Shown: piece by piece, positions 19,360 to 27,944 of the stretch
How positions within the stretch are numbered: position 1 is the first letter of the stretch
Layout of the letters: each line of letters begins with the position of its first letter
DNA from: Treponemataceae bacterium
GTDB lineage: Bacteria; Spirochaetota; Spirochaetia; Treponematales; Rectinemataceae
Assembly (NCBI GenBank): GCA_963678065.2
Contig: CAXXVZ010000002.1
Coordinates: forward strand, 192,001-256,000
Length of the DNA: 64,000 nucleotides
Reading direction: 5' to 3'
Translations under genes and position numbers: made by a program
Notes under the pieces: generated by a model
The model's input: only the letters and a program-made list of their open reading frames with translations
What the model was told of the DNA's origin: nothing
Database searches by the model: none

Positions 19360-19388
19360 CGCCATACCTGTCGCCATACCTGTCGCCA
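19360..19388. repeat. 12-bp tandem repeat (CGCCATACCTGT x2.4)
   Basis: Direct reading. Confidence 0.85.
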
Positions 19389-19774
19389 AACAAAAAGCCG
19401 AGCAGCGAAAAAGAGAGCATGGGAAAACTCACGAATTTGCCACAAAACCATTTTCATACATTTCAGTATGTATCAGTATTTAGCTCATGTGCCATATATC
19501 GAAATGGTGTTTCTTATTTTGAAATTTTCTCGTCAAAATTCTGTTTCCGCAACTGTATTTTTTCGTATTGATACATTATAGTACTTTTTTTCAAGTTATC
19601 AACCTAATTGTAGCTTTATTGGTAACCATTTTTATTCTCTCGCTCCGAAAAGCACCCCAAGACTGACTCTTGTCGATTCTTTTTCCACTTTTCGACTCAA
19701 CCCCATCCGTGAAAATCGCGTAAAACAATAATAATGCCGAATTCTGCATAAATATTCATTTCCATTGCTCTATC

Positions 19775-19790
19775 TGGCACGAGACGTGCT
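19775..19790 (+). promoter_or_regulatory. Sigma-54 (-24/-12) promoter of amtB-glnK
   Basis: TGGCACGAGACGTGCT = GG-N10-GC, about 40 nt upstream of the amtB start. Confidence 0.82.
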
Positions 19791-19831
19791 TTGTGCCTTG
19801 CATCCTGAACGGACAAGGGAGAACGGAACGA

Positions 19832-21493
19832 ATGATGCGAGAATTCTCACCCAACCCGAAGATGACGAGAGGGACTGTCTTCCTCCTCGCGGCTGGAGCC
19901 GCTCTGCTTCTCGGAGCGACCGGAGCCTTTGCCCAGACTGCGCCGGCATTGGCGGCGACGCCCGCGGCGGCAGCGATCCCGGCCGTGGACCCCGCGGCGG
20001 CGCTCCAGGCCGTCGCCGACACGGCTAAAGGCGTGACCGAGGCGATCAACATCCTCTGGATGCTGATCGCCGGCTTCCTCGTATTCTTCATGCAGGCGGG
20101 CTTCGCCCTCGTCGAAACGGGATTCACGCGCCACAAGAACGTCGCCCACACGATGATGATGAACATGATGGTGTTCTGCATCGGCGCGATCGGTTACTGG
20201 CTGGTCGGATTCGCCTTCCAGTTCGGCGCCGTCAACGCCGCCTTCCCCGCCGTCGCGAACGCGGGGGCCATCGCGGGCGAATGGGCCCACTCGCCGACTA
20301 CGCTCGGCAGCTGGGGTAGCACGCTCTCGACGCCGCTCCTGCGCTTCGGCCAGGTCGGCCTGCTCGGGGGCTCGGGATTCATGCTCCTCGGGATAGGAGG
20401 AAACACCGGCATCCTGGCCTTTTTCCTCTTCCAGATGGTCTTCATGGATACGGCGGCCACCATCCCGACCGGCTCCATGGCCGAACGACTCAAATTCTCG
20501 GGCTTCTGCCTCATGGGTCTGTGGGTCAGCATGATAATCTACCCGGTCGTCGGAGGATGGATATGGGGCGGCGGCTGGCTGCAGAACATCGGCCGCATCG
20601 CGGGGCTCGGAAACGGAGCTGTCGACTTCGCAGGATCGGGCGTCGTCCACATGATCGGAGGATCGGTCGCCCTCGCAGGAACCCTCGTGCTGGGTCCGCG
20701 CATCGGGCGATTCAATCCGGACGGATCGGCCAACGCTCTGCCCGGCCACAACATCCCTATGGGTGTGCTCGGCACGATCATCCTCTTCTTCGGATGGTTC
20801 GGATTCAACCCCGGCTCCTCCCTGGCCTTTGTCGGTTCGGGTGGCCTCCTCGCGACGAACGCCGCAGTGAACACCCTCGTGGCGGGCTCCATCGGTGGCT
20901 GCGTGGCCATGCTCTACATGTGGCTCTTCGGCCCGACCCGCAAGCCCGATCCCTCGATGTCGGTCAACGGCATACTGGCGGGTCTCGTCGCGATCACTTC
21001 GTCCTGCGCCTTCGTCGATTCGATCGGCGCTGTGGTGATCGGAGGCATCTCCGGCGTGATCGTGTGCCTCGTCAGTTTCCTTCTTGAAAAACTGCAGATC
21101 GACGACCCTGTCGGCGCCGTTCCCGTCCACTTCGCCAACGGACTGTGGGGCGTCATCGCGGTGGGACTTTTCTCCAACGGCAGCCTCGCATCCGAGGGCT
21201 GGAACGGAGTCAAGGGCACAGTCCGCGGCCTATTCTTCGGCAATCCTGGACAGCTCGCTGCCCAGCTTCTCGAAGTCGTGGCCATAATCGTCGTCGTGTT
21301 CGGATCCTCCTACGCGTTCTTCCGGATTCTGAACGCGCTCAAGCTGCTCCGCGCCGAGCCGCACGACGAAATCGCCGGCCTCGACATTCCCGAAATGGGA
21401 GCCCCAGGCTACACTACGGTGGACATGAGGATGCCCGGTGGGCGCGGACGCCTCGTGGCACAGACACCCGTCAAACACAAGGCCGGGGCCTGA
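19832..21493 (+). CDS. amtB: Ammonium transporter Amt
   Basis: FFMQAGFALVE.G, FQMVF, AER, DFAGSGVVH, GWFGFN.GS, DDPVGA.PVH (twin His intact). Confidence 0.97.
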   Translation: MMREFSPNPKMTRGTVFLLAAGAALLLGATGAFAQTAPALAATPAAAAIPAVDPAAALQAVADTAKGVTEAINILWMLIAGFLVFFMQAGFALVETGFTRHKNVAHTMMMNMMVFCIGAIGYWLVGFAFQFGAVNAAFPAVANAGAIAGEWAHSPTTLGSWGSTLSTPLLRFGQVGLLGGSGFMLLGIGGNTGILAFFLFQMVFMDTAATIPTGSMAERLKFSGFCLMGLWVSMIIYPVVGGWIWGGGWLQNIGRIAGLGNGAVDFAGSGVVHMIGGSVALAGTLVLGPRIGRFNPDGSANALPGHNIPMGVLGTIILFFGWFGFNPGSSLAFVGSGGLLATNAAVNTLVAGSIGGCVAMLYMWLFGPTRKPDPSMSVNGILAGLVAITSSCAFVDSIGAVVIGGISGVIVCLVSFLLEKLQIDDPVGAVPVHFANGLWGVIAVGLFSNGSLASEGWNGVKGTVRGLFFGNPGQLAAQLLEVVAIIVVVFGSSYAFFRILNALKLLRAEPHDEIAGLDIPEMGAPGYTTVDMRMPGGRGRLVAQTPVKHKAGA

Positions 21494-21520
21494 ACGGCCC
21501 CGAAGGCAGGAGGGATACAC

Positions 21521-21895
21521 ATGCTGAAAAGAATCGAAGCGATCATACGCGAGGAATCGCTCGACGAGGTGAAGGACGCCCTCAGGGCGATCGGAATCGT
21601 CGGGATGAGCATTGTCGAGATACAGGGGCACGGGCGGGAGGGCGGCGTCACGCTCTCCTGGCGAGGAACAGCCTACAAGATGGACATGATCCCGAAGCTC
21701 ATGCTCACCATCATCCTTTCCGACAGAAATGTCGAGAAGACGATCGAGGCCATAACCAAGGCCGCGCGCACGGGCGAGCAGGGCGACGGCATCATCTTCA
21801 TTTCGCCTGTGGACGACGTCTACAGGATCAGGACGGGAGAGCGCGGGGGAGAGGCCCTCGCCTACCCCGACGACATCGACACGAGAAAGAAATGA
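21521..21895 (+). CDS. glnK: Nitrogen regulatory protein P-II
   Basis: IEAIIR, T-loop RG..Y, TG..GDG.IF, RIRTGE; adjacent to amtB. Confidence 0.92.
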   Translation: MLKRIEAIIREESLDEVKDALRAIGIVGMSIVEIQGHGREGGVTLSWRGTAYKMDMIPKLMLTIILSDRNVEKTIEAITKAARTGEQGDGIIFISPVDDVYRIRTGERGGEALAYPDDIDTRKK

Positions 21896-21900
21896 CCCTA

Positions 21901-21932
21901 TGCGCCGGCCTTGAAAAACCGAGGCCGGCGCA
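21901..21932. terminator. Hairpin between convergent glnK and arsR
   Basis: TGCGCCGGCCT...AGGCCGGCGCA 11-bp inverted repeat. Confidence 0.65.
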
Positions 21933-21940
21933 CACAGCGG

Positions 21941-22285
21941 TCAGACCTCGGACGGCCGTGCGCAGCCGGGATTGCGCCGCGTCCCGCTCCCCTTGTGGGG
22001 CGCCACTGCATCGACGCAGTGCAGAAAATCGATGATGCAGGTGCAGGCCAGCGAATAGAAAATGTTCTGCCCCTCGCGCCTGTCCGTCACGAGGCCGGCA
22101 TCCCGGAGAATCGCCAGATGCTTGGATACAGTGGAAATGTCTGCGCCGATCTCCACCGTCAGGTCGCCCACGCAGGCTTCGCCTTCGGCGAGGCGCAGAA
22201 CGATATAGAGCCGCGAGGAATGCGCGAGCGCCTTGAATACTTCGACCCGCCGCTCATGCATCTCACTCTGTAGTTCAGGCGTCAT
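21941..22285 (-). CDS. arsR: ArsR/SmtB-family regulator
   Basis: FKALAH.SRL.I, STVSKHL..LR.AGLV..RREG; divergent from acr3-arsC; start ATG 22285 or TTG 22303. Confidence 0.88.
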   Translation of the reverse strand: MTPELQSEMHERRVEVFKALAHSSRLYIVLRLAEGEACVGDLTVEIGADISTVSKHLAILRDAGLVTDRREGQNIFYSLACTCIIDFLHCVDAVAPHKGSGTRRNPGCARPSEV

Positions 22286-22367
22286 ACTTGGTATTTTTAC
22301 CAATATTTGTCACAAAGTCAACAGAAAGAGCTTGACAGCGGTTTGTTATTTGGTATTATTGCCAATA
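22285..22367. promoter_or_regulatory. Divergent ars promoters with two ArsR-type operators
   Basis: TACTTGGTATTTTTACCAATA (22285-22305) and TATTTGGTATTATTGCCAATA (22347-22367), 18/21 identical and palindromic; TTGACA 22332-22337 with extended TGn-TATTAT 22354-22359. Confidence 0.72.
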
Positions 22368-22408
22368 GTTGATGTCGATGACAGCATCGTGGAAAAAAAG
22401 GAGCCGCC

Positions 22409-23452
22409 ATGCCCGGAAAACGAATCGGTTTCTTCGCGAAGTACCTCTCGCTCTGGGTTTTCCTGTGTATCGTCGCAGGCGTCGCGCTGGGCCGCTTCGT
22501 CCCGGCCTTTCCGGCCTTCCTCGGCACCTTCGAATACGCCAAGGTCTCCATCCCGGTCGCCATCCTCATCTGGCTCATGATCTACCCGATGATGCTCAAA
22601 GTGGATTTCCAGAGCATCAGGAATGCCGGACGCAAGCCGAAAGGCCTCATCGTCACCCTCGTCGTGAACTGGCTCATAAAACCCTTCACCATGTACGCCA
22701 TCGCCTGGTTCTTCCTTAAAGTTGTTTTCCGGAACCTCATACCCGACGCGGCCGCCACGGACTACCTCGCCGGCGCCGTTCTTCTCGGCGCGGCGCCCTG
22801 CACGGCCATGGTCTTCGTCTGGTCCTACCTTTCGGATGGCGATCCCGGCTACACGGTCGTCCAGGTCGCGGTCAACGACCTCGTCATACTCCTCGCCTTC
22901 ACACCGATAGTGGCCTTCCTCCTCGGCGTCTCCAACGTCCATGTCCCCTTGGACACTCTCATACTCTCGGTCGTCCTCTTCGTCGTCATACCCCTCGGGC
23001 TCGGCTACATCACCCGCGTGAACCTCGTGAAACGGCGCGGCCTTGCGTGGTTCGAAAACGTGTTCTGCAAAAAATTCGACGGCATCACCGAGGTGGGGCT
23101 CCTCGCCACCCTTGTCATCCTCTTCTCCTTCCAGGGCGACACGATCCTCAACAACCCGGTCACAATCATCCTCATCGCTGTCCCCTTAGTCCTCCAGACT
23201 TACCTGATCTTCGCCATCGGCTACCTCTGGTCCAAGGCCTGGAAGATTCCCTACGCCATCGCAGCTCCCGCGGGCATGATCGGAGCCTCGAACTTCTTCG
23301 AGCTCGCGGTGGCCGTCGCCGTCAGCCTCTTCGGCCTGACATCGGGTGCGGCCCTCGCGACGGTCGTCGGCGTCCTCACGGAAGTGCCCGTGATGCTCAG
23401 CCTCGTCGCCATCGCGAAGAAGACGCGCGGCTGGTTCCCGGAGGCGGCATGA
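22409..23452 (+). CDS. acr3: Arsenite efflux transporter Acr3
   Basis: IWLMIYPMM.K.DF, NWLIKPF, APCTAMVFVW, ASNFFELA.A, VG.L.EVPVML. Confidence 0.96.
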   Translation: MPGKRIGFFAKYLSLWVFLCIVAGVALGRFVPAFPAFLGTFEYAKVSIPVAILIWLMIYPMMLKVDFQSIRNAGRKPKGLIVTLVVNWLIKPFTMYAIAWFFLKVVFRNLIPDAAATDYLAGAVLLGAAPCTAMVFVWSYLSDGDPGYTVVQVAVNDLVILLAFTPIVAFLLGVSNVHVPLDTLILSVVLFVVIPLGLGYITRVNLVKRRGLAWFENVFCKKFDGITEVGLLATLVILFSFQGDTILNNPVTIILIAVPLVLQTYLIFAIGYLWSKAWKIPYAIAAPAGMIGASNFFELAVAVAVSLFGLTSGAALATVVGVLTEVPVMLSLVAIAKKTRGWFPEAA

Positions 23453-23868
23453 AACGGGTCCTGTTTCTCTGTGTACACAATTCCGCCAGGAGCCAGATGG
23501 CTGAGGCGTATCTGCGGCGTTTCGGCGGGTCGGATTTCGAGGTCGAGAGCGCCGGACTCGAGCCGGGGAAACTCAATCCTTTTGTCGTGCGCGCCCTGGC
23601 GGAAGATGGCATCGACATCGCGGGAAAATCAACCCAAGACGTCCACGATCTCTTCAATGCCAGAAAATCCTACGACTACGTCGTGACCGTCTGTTCGAAG
23701 GAAGCGGCGGAGCGCTGCCCGATATTCCCCGGGCTCTCCATAAAGCTCCACTGGCCCTTCGATGATCCCTCGACTTTTACAGGAAGCGATGGGGAGATCA
23801 TGGCGAAGGTGCGCGCCCTGCGCGATGCGATAAAAGAGAAAGTGAAGGCCTTCGCCGAGGGCATCTGA
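23449..23868 (+). CDS. arsC: Arsenate reductase ArsC (LMW-PTP fold, thioredoxin-type)
   Basis: LCVHNSARSQMAE, TVC...AERCP, HWPFDDP; ATGA overlap with acr3. Confidence 0.94.
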   Translation: MKRVLFLCVHNSARSQMAEAYLRRFGGSDFEVESAGLEPGKLNPFVVRALAEDGIDIAGKSTQDVHDLFNARKSYDYVVTVCSKEAAERCPIFPGLSIKLHWPFDDPSTFTGSDGEIMAKVRALRDAIKEKVKAFAEGI

Positions 23869-23962
23869 GATAGAGAAACACACGCGCCGGCGATCTCAGT
23901 CCGGTTTTCCGTCTTGCGGGATCTGCTGTACCGACTTACAATTACGGTGAGAGGTGCGATCG

Positions 23963-25162
23963 GTGAACGACTCAAAAACCACTTCAGAACGGATCATCGC
24001 GATCGACGCGCTGCGCGGCTTCAACATGTTCTGGATTCTCGGGGCAGATATCCTGGTCACTTCATTGAAAGGCCTATGGAACAATCCCGCGACCCGATTC
24101 CTCGCGGTGCAGGTCGATCACAGCGATTGGAGCGGCTTCACCTTCTACGATTTCATCTTTCCCCTGTTCATCTTCATAGTCGGCCTCTCCGCCGCCCTGT
24201 CCCTCCCGAAGAGCCTCGAGCGCAGCGGCCGCTCTGCGACAATTCTGCGGATCATCAGAAGGAGTCTCCTCCTGTATGTCCTCGGGTTCATCTATTACGG
24301 TGGCTTCGCCAAACTGTGGCCCGAAGTAAGGCTGCTCGGTGTTCTTCAGAGGATCGCCATATGCTATCTCGTCGCGGGAATCCTCTTCTGCTTCTTCCGT
24401 GCGCGCGGCCTCGCGGCGGTTGCGGCTGTCATCCTGCTCGGGTATTGGGCTGCGCTCGCGCTTGTCCCCTTTCCCGACCTCAGGCCTGCAGGCATCACGG
24501 AGATCTGCAGGGAGACCGGCTTCGCCGATTCGTCAAAACTCAACTTCGCGTCGACGTCCATGCTGCGCGGTGTCTATCTCAAGGGAGTCAATCTGGCGAA
24601 TTACATCGACCAGCGATTCCTGCCGGGCTTCAAATGGGATGGATCATGGGACCCCGAAGGTTTGGCGAGCACCCCCGCGGCGATAGTCACATGTCTCGCG
24701 GGCGTTCTCGCGGGGCTGTTCCTCGTGGACGGAAAACGGACGGGGGCGAAGAAGGCGGTCACCCTCGCGCTCGCGGGGGCGGCGGCCTTTGCCGTCGGCC
24801 TGGTGTGGAATATCCCGCTCCCGATCATCAAAAAGATCTGGACGCCGTCGTACGTCCTCGTGGCCGCAGGATTCAGTCTGATGCTGCTTGCGGGATTCTA
24901 CTATCTCGTGGAACTGCGTGGAATGCGCCGATGGACGATTCCTTTCGTGTGGATAGGCATGAATCCCATCACAGTCTACCTTTTCGATACAATCGTCGAC
25001 TTCCACAAGCTGGCCGACACCATAGCGGGCGGAAGCGTCAGAAACCTTTTCGAAAGCGTAACGCCCGGTCTCGGAGATTTCATCCGCGCGGTCCTTGCGC
25101 TCGCGCTCGCGGTCATGTTCTGCCGCTTCCTGTATGTCAAAAAGATTTTCCTGAAGCTGTGA
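23963..25162 (+). CDS. HGSNAT/NagX-like membrane acyltransferase (DUF5009/DUF1624)
   Basis: IDALRGF.M, H..W.GF..YD.IFP.F.F.VG, GVLQRIA, DPEG, P.IKKIWT.S, GMNPI. Confidence 0.88.
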   Translation: MNDSKTTSERIIAIDALRGFNMFWILGADILVTSLKGLWNNPATRFLAVQVDHSDWSGFTFYDFIFPLFIFIVGLSAALSLPKSLERSGRSATILRIIRRSLLLYVLGFIYYGGFAKLWPEVRLLGVLQRIAICYLVAGILFCFFRARGLAAVAAVILLGYWAALALVPFPDLRPAGITEICRETGFADSSKLNFASTSMLRGVYLKGVNLANYIDQRFLPGFKWDGSWDPEGLASTPAAIVTCLAGVLAGLFLVDGKRTGAKKAVTLALAGAAAFAVGLVWNIPLPIIKKIWTPSYVLVAAGFSLMLLAGFYYLVELRGMRRWTIPFVWIGMNPITVYLFDTIVDFHKLADTIAGGSVRNLFESVTPGLGDFIRAVLALALAVMFCRFLYVKKIFLKL

Positions 25163-25360
25163 AACCGCTTCCCGTCCGTCCCCCCCCCCGATTCGGGCTA
25201 GGGGAGGTGGAGCACTCGTTGGAAAGCCGGGAAGTCAGGAAACAATCCACAGGCGGTTTCCTGCACTGTCAAATCTCAAGTCCATGCAATACAATTGATG
25301 CATGGACGACCGGACAATCGCCATCCTCATGGTCTTGACAGGCCTTCCGGGAAAACTGGA

Positions 25361-25714
25361 ATGACGGGAAACGGAAAACCCCTCTCGGGAGAACCCCTCG
25401 TGAAAGAGGTTTGTCGCCTGATACGGCTCGCGCGGAGTCATTGGGACGCCCATGAGAACCAAGCTTGCAGGACCGAGCGCGACCGGGCGATCCGGCTGTA
25501 CGAAACACTTTCGAAGGAAGAAAAAGAGAAGATTCCGCAGGTACTCAGGGTGTGGCTGCGCTACCGGAGCGAGAAGTATTTCGGGAAGGACCGCACACCG
25601 CCTTCGGGCGCAGGGGGCGGTTCTGTCAGCCATCCCCGCGATCCCCGCGGTGTTGATTCCGCTGCCGAACCCGCCTCAAGGCCGAACATCCGCGGCAGGC
25701 AGGCTGGTCGCTAA
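25361..25714 (+). CDS. Small hypothetical protein
   Basis: Ordered helical core PLSGEPLVKEVCRLIRLARSHWDAH...IPQVLRVWLRYRSEKYFG with a low-complexity tail. Confidence 0.65.
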   Translation: MTGNGKPLSGEPLVKEVCRLIRLARSHWDAHENQACRTERDRAIRLYETLSKEEKEKIPQVLRVWLRYRSEKYFGKDRTPPSGAGGGSVSHPRDPRGVDSAAEPASRPNIRGRQAGR

Positions 25715-25761
25715 AAAAAAATGACCCAGGGCACGGCGGTATGCGCCGCCACCCCGGGTCA
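25713..25761 (-). terminator. Intrinsic terminator of earP-efp
   Basis: TGACCC.GGG...CCCGGGTCA hairpin preceded by A9 (U-tract on the minus strand). Confidence 0.7.
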
Positions 25762-25851
25762 CCGTTCATGGTCTATCGCCCGCCGTTTCATCCGGGAGCG
25801 GCGTAGTTCCAGGTCCCGGACGCCAGCCAGTCTCTCAGACAAGACGGCTCT

Positions 25852-26418
25852 TTACTTCACACGCTCGATGAAGGAACCGTCGCGGGTGTCGATCCTGACT
25901 TTGGTTCCGATGTCGCAGAAAAGAGGCACCGAGACTTCGATGCCGGTATCGAGCGTGGCCGGCTTGAAGGTCTTGCCGGAGGTGTCGCCCTTGACGCCGG
26001 GTTCGCAGTACGTGATCGTGCGCTCGATTGCGGTCGGAAGCATGATGCCGACCGGCTTGCCCTCGTAGAAGGTGATCTCGACGGGAAAATCGTCGTCGGG
26101 GGTGATGTAACCGGCATTGTCGCCCAGATCTTCTTTGGTGAGCTCGTACTGCTCGAAGGTTTCCTGCTCCATGAACACGAAGGTGTCCCCGTCGATGTAG
26201 GAAAGCTTCATTTTGAGAAGATCGAGGATGACTTCCTCGAATTTTTCGCCCGAATCGAGGGCGAGATCGGAGGTCTGGCCGGTCACGATGTTCTTGACGC
26301 GAAGCCTGGTGGTCATGCCTGCGCGGCCGCTTTTCTGGCCGAGCATGCGCTGGACGATCAAGGCGTCGTTGCCGTACTTGAAAACACTGCCGCCGCGAAG
26401 TTGGGAAGTAACTAACAT
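25852..26418 (-). CDS. efp: Elongation factor P, Arg32 (rhamnosylated) type
   Basis: KSGR32AG loop, FM..ETFEQ, PGVKGDT, KPATL.TG, VPLF, DTR.G. Confidence 0.97.
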   Translation of the reverse strand: MLVTSQLRGGSVFKYGNDALIVQRMLGQKSGRAGMTTRLRVKNIVTGQTSDLALDSGEKFEEVILDLLKMKLSYIDGDTFVFMEQETFEQYELTKEDLGDNAGYITPDDDFPVEITFYEGKPVGIMLPTAIERTITYCEPGVKGDTSGKTFKPATLDTGIEVSVPLFCDIGTKVRIDTRDGSFIERVK

Positions 26419-26504
26419 GAATGGTCCTCACCTAGAGTGGAGTATATGCCTGATTCCCGGAATCGCCGCTCCGGGAGCCTGTCCTGAATCTGCAAGGCCC
26501 TATC

Positions 26505-27827
26505 CTACAACAACTCGCGCAAAAAAGTCAGCAGGTGGGAGGCGAGGTCTCCATGGGAAGAAAGGTCCTCCGAAAATGCCGAAAAACCGCCGGCTAAGGC
26601 CTGGGCACAGCTCAGAACCGACAGGAAGTCCTCGCCGCCGCCCCTGTGGGGATCGTCGCGGAGCCTGTCGTTGAAGGCGACAAAGAGTCTCTCCAGAAGG
26701 GGGAAAGAGGCCGGATCGAAGAAGGGGCGCATGCGGTCGAGAAGGGCGCGAACCTTGACGAGCTGGTGGGCATTCTCCTGGACGTAGGCGTGCCAGAGGA
26801 AGGGCCGCCCCGACAGCGCCGCCCGGGCGAGGGATTCCTCGCCGCGGACAATGGAAAAATCCGAAGCGAGGAGAACCTCGTCCCAGGGCTCCTGAGGGAG
26901 GAATGGCAGCGGGGCGACGGGGAATGGCGAGCCGGCCGATCTCCACGCGTCGAGAAAACATGCCTGACTCCTCCCCGCGGCCGCGAGGACCAGGAGGGGG
27001 GTCGCCGCGTCGAAGGCCGCCAGATCCGCGACGATGCGGGAATAGTCTCGCTCGTAGCTGAAGACGGTGATCCAGAACCTGTCCTCGGCCGGGACCTCAG
27101 GCTCATCGCGGGATTCGCCGGCAATCCCGGCTCCGGAGCTCTTTCCCGGAAGATCGACGCCGATCCGGCCGGCGAGGATTCGACGCGCCTCTCGCCGGGA
27201 TGATCCGCCGCGAAGAGCCTCGAGGGACCGGGCAAAGCCGCGATCCACGACGAGGCCGCCCGTCCGCTCCGTGAACCCGGGCATGAACATGTATTTCTTG
27301 ACAAGCGGAGAGCGGGTCAGAGAAGGCATGCGGTGGACCTCGTCGACCCAGGTCTCGGCGGAAAGGTATTCGAGGTTGACGATATGCCGCGTCACGGGAT
27401 CGGAGGGGTCGAAGAGAATCTCCTCGAACCAATCGGGCCGTCCACAGGCAAAACACTCGATGAGATGGCGGGGACGTTCGGCGAGAAAGAGTTCCCTGAC
27501 CGCCGCGGGGGCTTCGCTTCCCGCCGACGGGGACCGCCCGCCAGCAGCTCCCGTGGCAACCGCGGCTGCCGCCGTCGCTGCGACCTCTGCCGCGCCCGAG
27601 GGATTCCACCGGACCACTGTCCAGCCTCTATAGAATTGCAGATCGCGGGCCGGGTCGATCCCGGGGGCGAGCTGGGCGAAGGCGGGAAGGTCGTCGACAA
27701 TGATCCGGAGCCGGAGCGCTGGAGTGGCCTCCGACAGTGCGCGCGCAAGCCTGTAGACGAGGCCGATGTCGCCGTAGTTGTCGACCACCCGACAGAGGAG
27801 GTCGAGGGTCCGGATCTCTCTGTCCAT
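26505..27827 (-). CDS. earP: EF-P arginine-32 rhamnosyltransferase
   Basis: CRVVDNYGDIG, IE.F.C, NLEYLSAE.W, PGFT.RTGG, VRGE.S..RA, PF.WH.Y.Q; directly upstream of efp. Confidence 0.95.
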   Translation of the reverse strand: MDREIRTLDLLCRVVDNYGDIGLVYRLARALSEATPALRLRIIVDDLPAFAQLAPGIDPARDLQFYRGWTVVRWNPSGAAEVAATAAAAVATGAAGGRSPSAGSEAPAAVRELFLAERPRHLIECFACGRPDWFEEILFDPSDPVTRHIVNLEYLSAETWVDEVHRMPSLTRSPLVKKYMFMPGFTERTGGLVVDRGFARSLEALRGGSSRREARRILAGRIGVDLPGKSSGAGIAGESRDEPEVPAEDRFWITVFSYERDYSRIVADLAAFDAATPLLVLAAAGRSQACFLDAWRSAGSPFPVAPLPFLPQEPWDEVLLASDFSIVRGEESLARAALSGRPFLWHAYVQENAHQLVKVRALLDRMRPFFDPASFPLLERLFVAFNDRLRDDPHRGGGEDFLSVLSCAQALAGGFSAFSEDLSSHGDLASHLLTFLRELL

Positions 27828-27944
27828 CGGGGCATGGTCCGCGAAAGTGTGCACTTTGGCAAGCGGGTCAGACTGTGTCCCGTGCGAACAGGCAGGGTTC
27901 CTGCGCACTGGCATTCCGCTCCAACCTGATGTAATCATGGGGCA

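Noticed and set aside
19360..19388. 12-bp tandem repeat as CRISPR or iteron
   Set aside because: Only 2.4 adjacent units, no spacers, no cas or rep gene.
23963..25162. NagX-like gene as part of the arsenic operon
   Set aside because: It is separated by about 95 bp, has no known link to arsenic, and is probably an unrelated neighbour.
25180..25189. C10 homopolymer as a phase-variation tract
   Set aside because: Intergenic, downstream of a stop codon and not within an evident promoter; more likely one arm of a hairpin with the nearby G-run.
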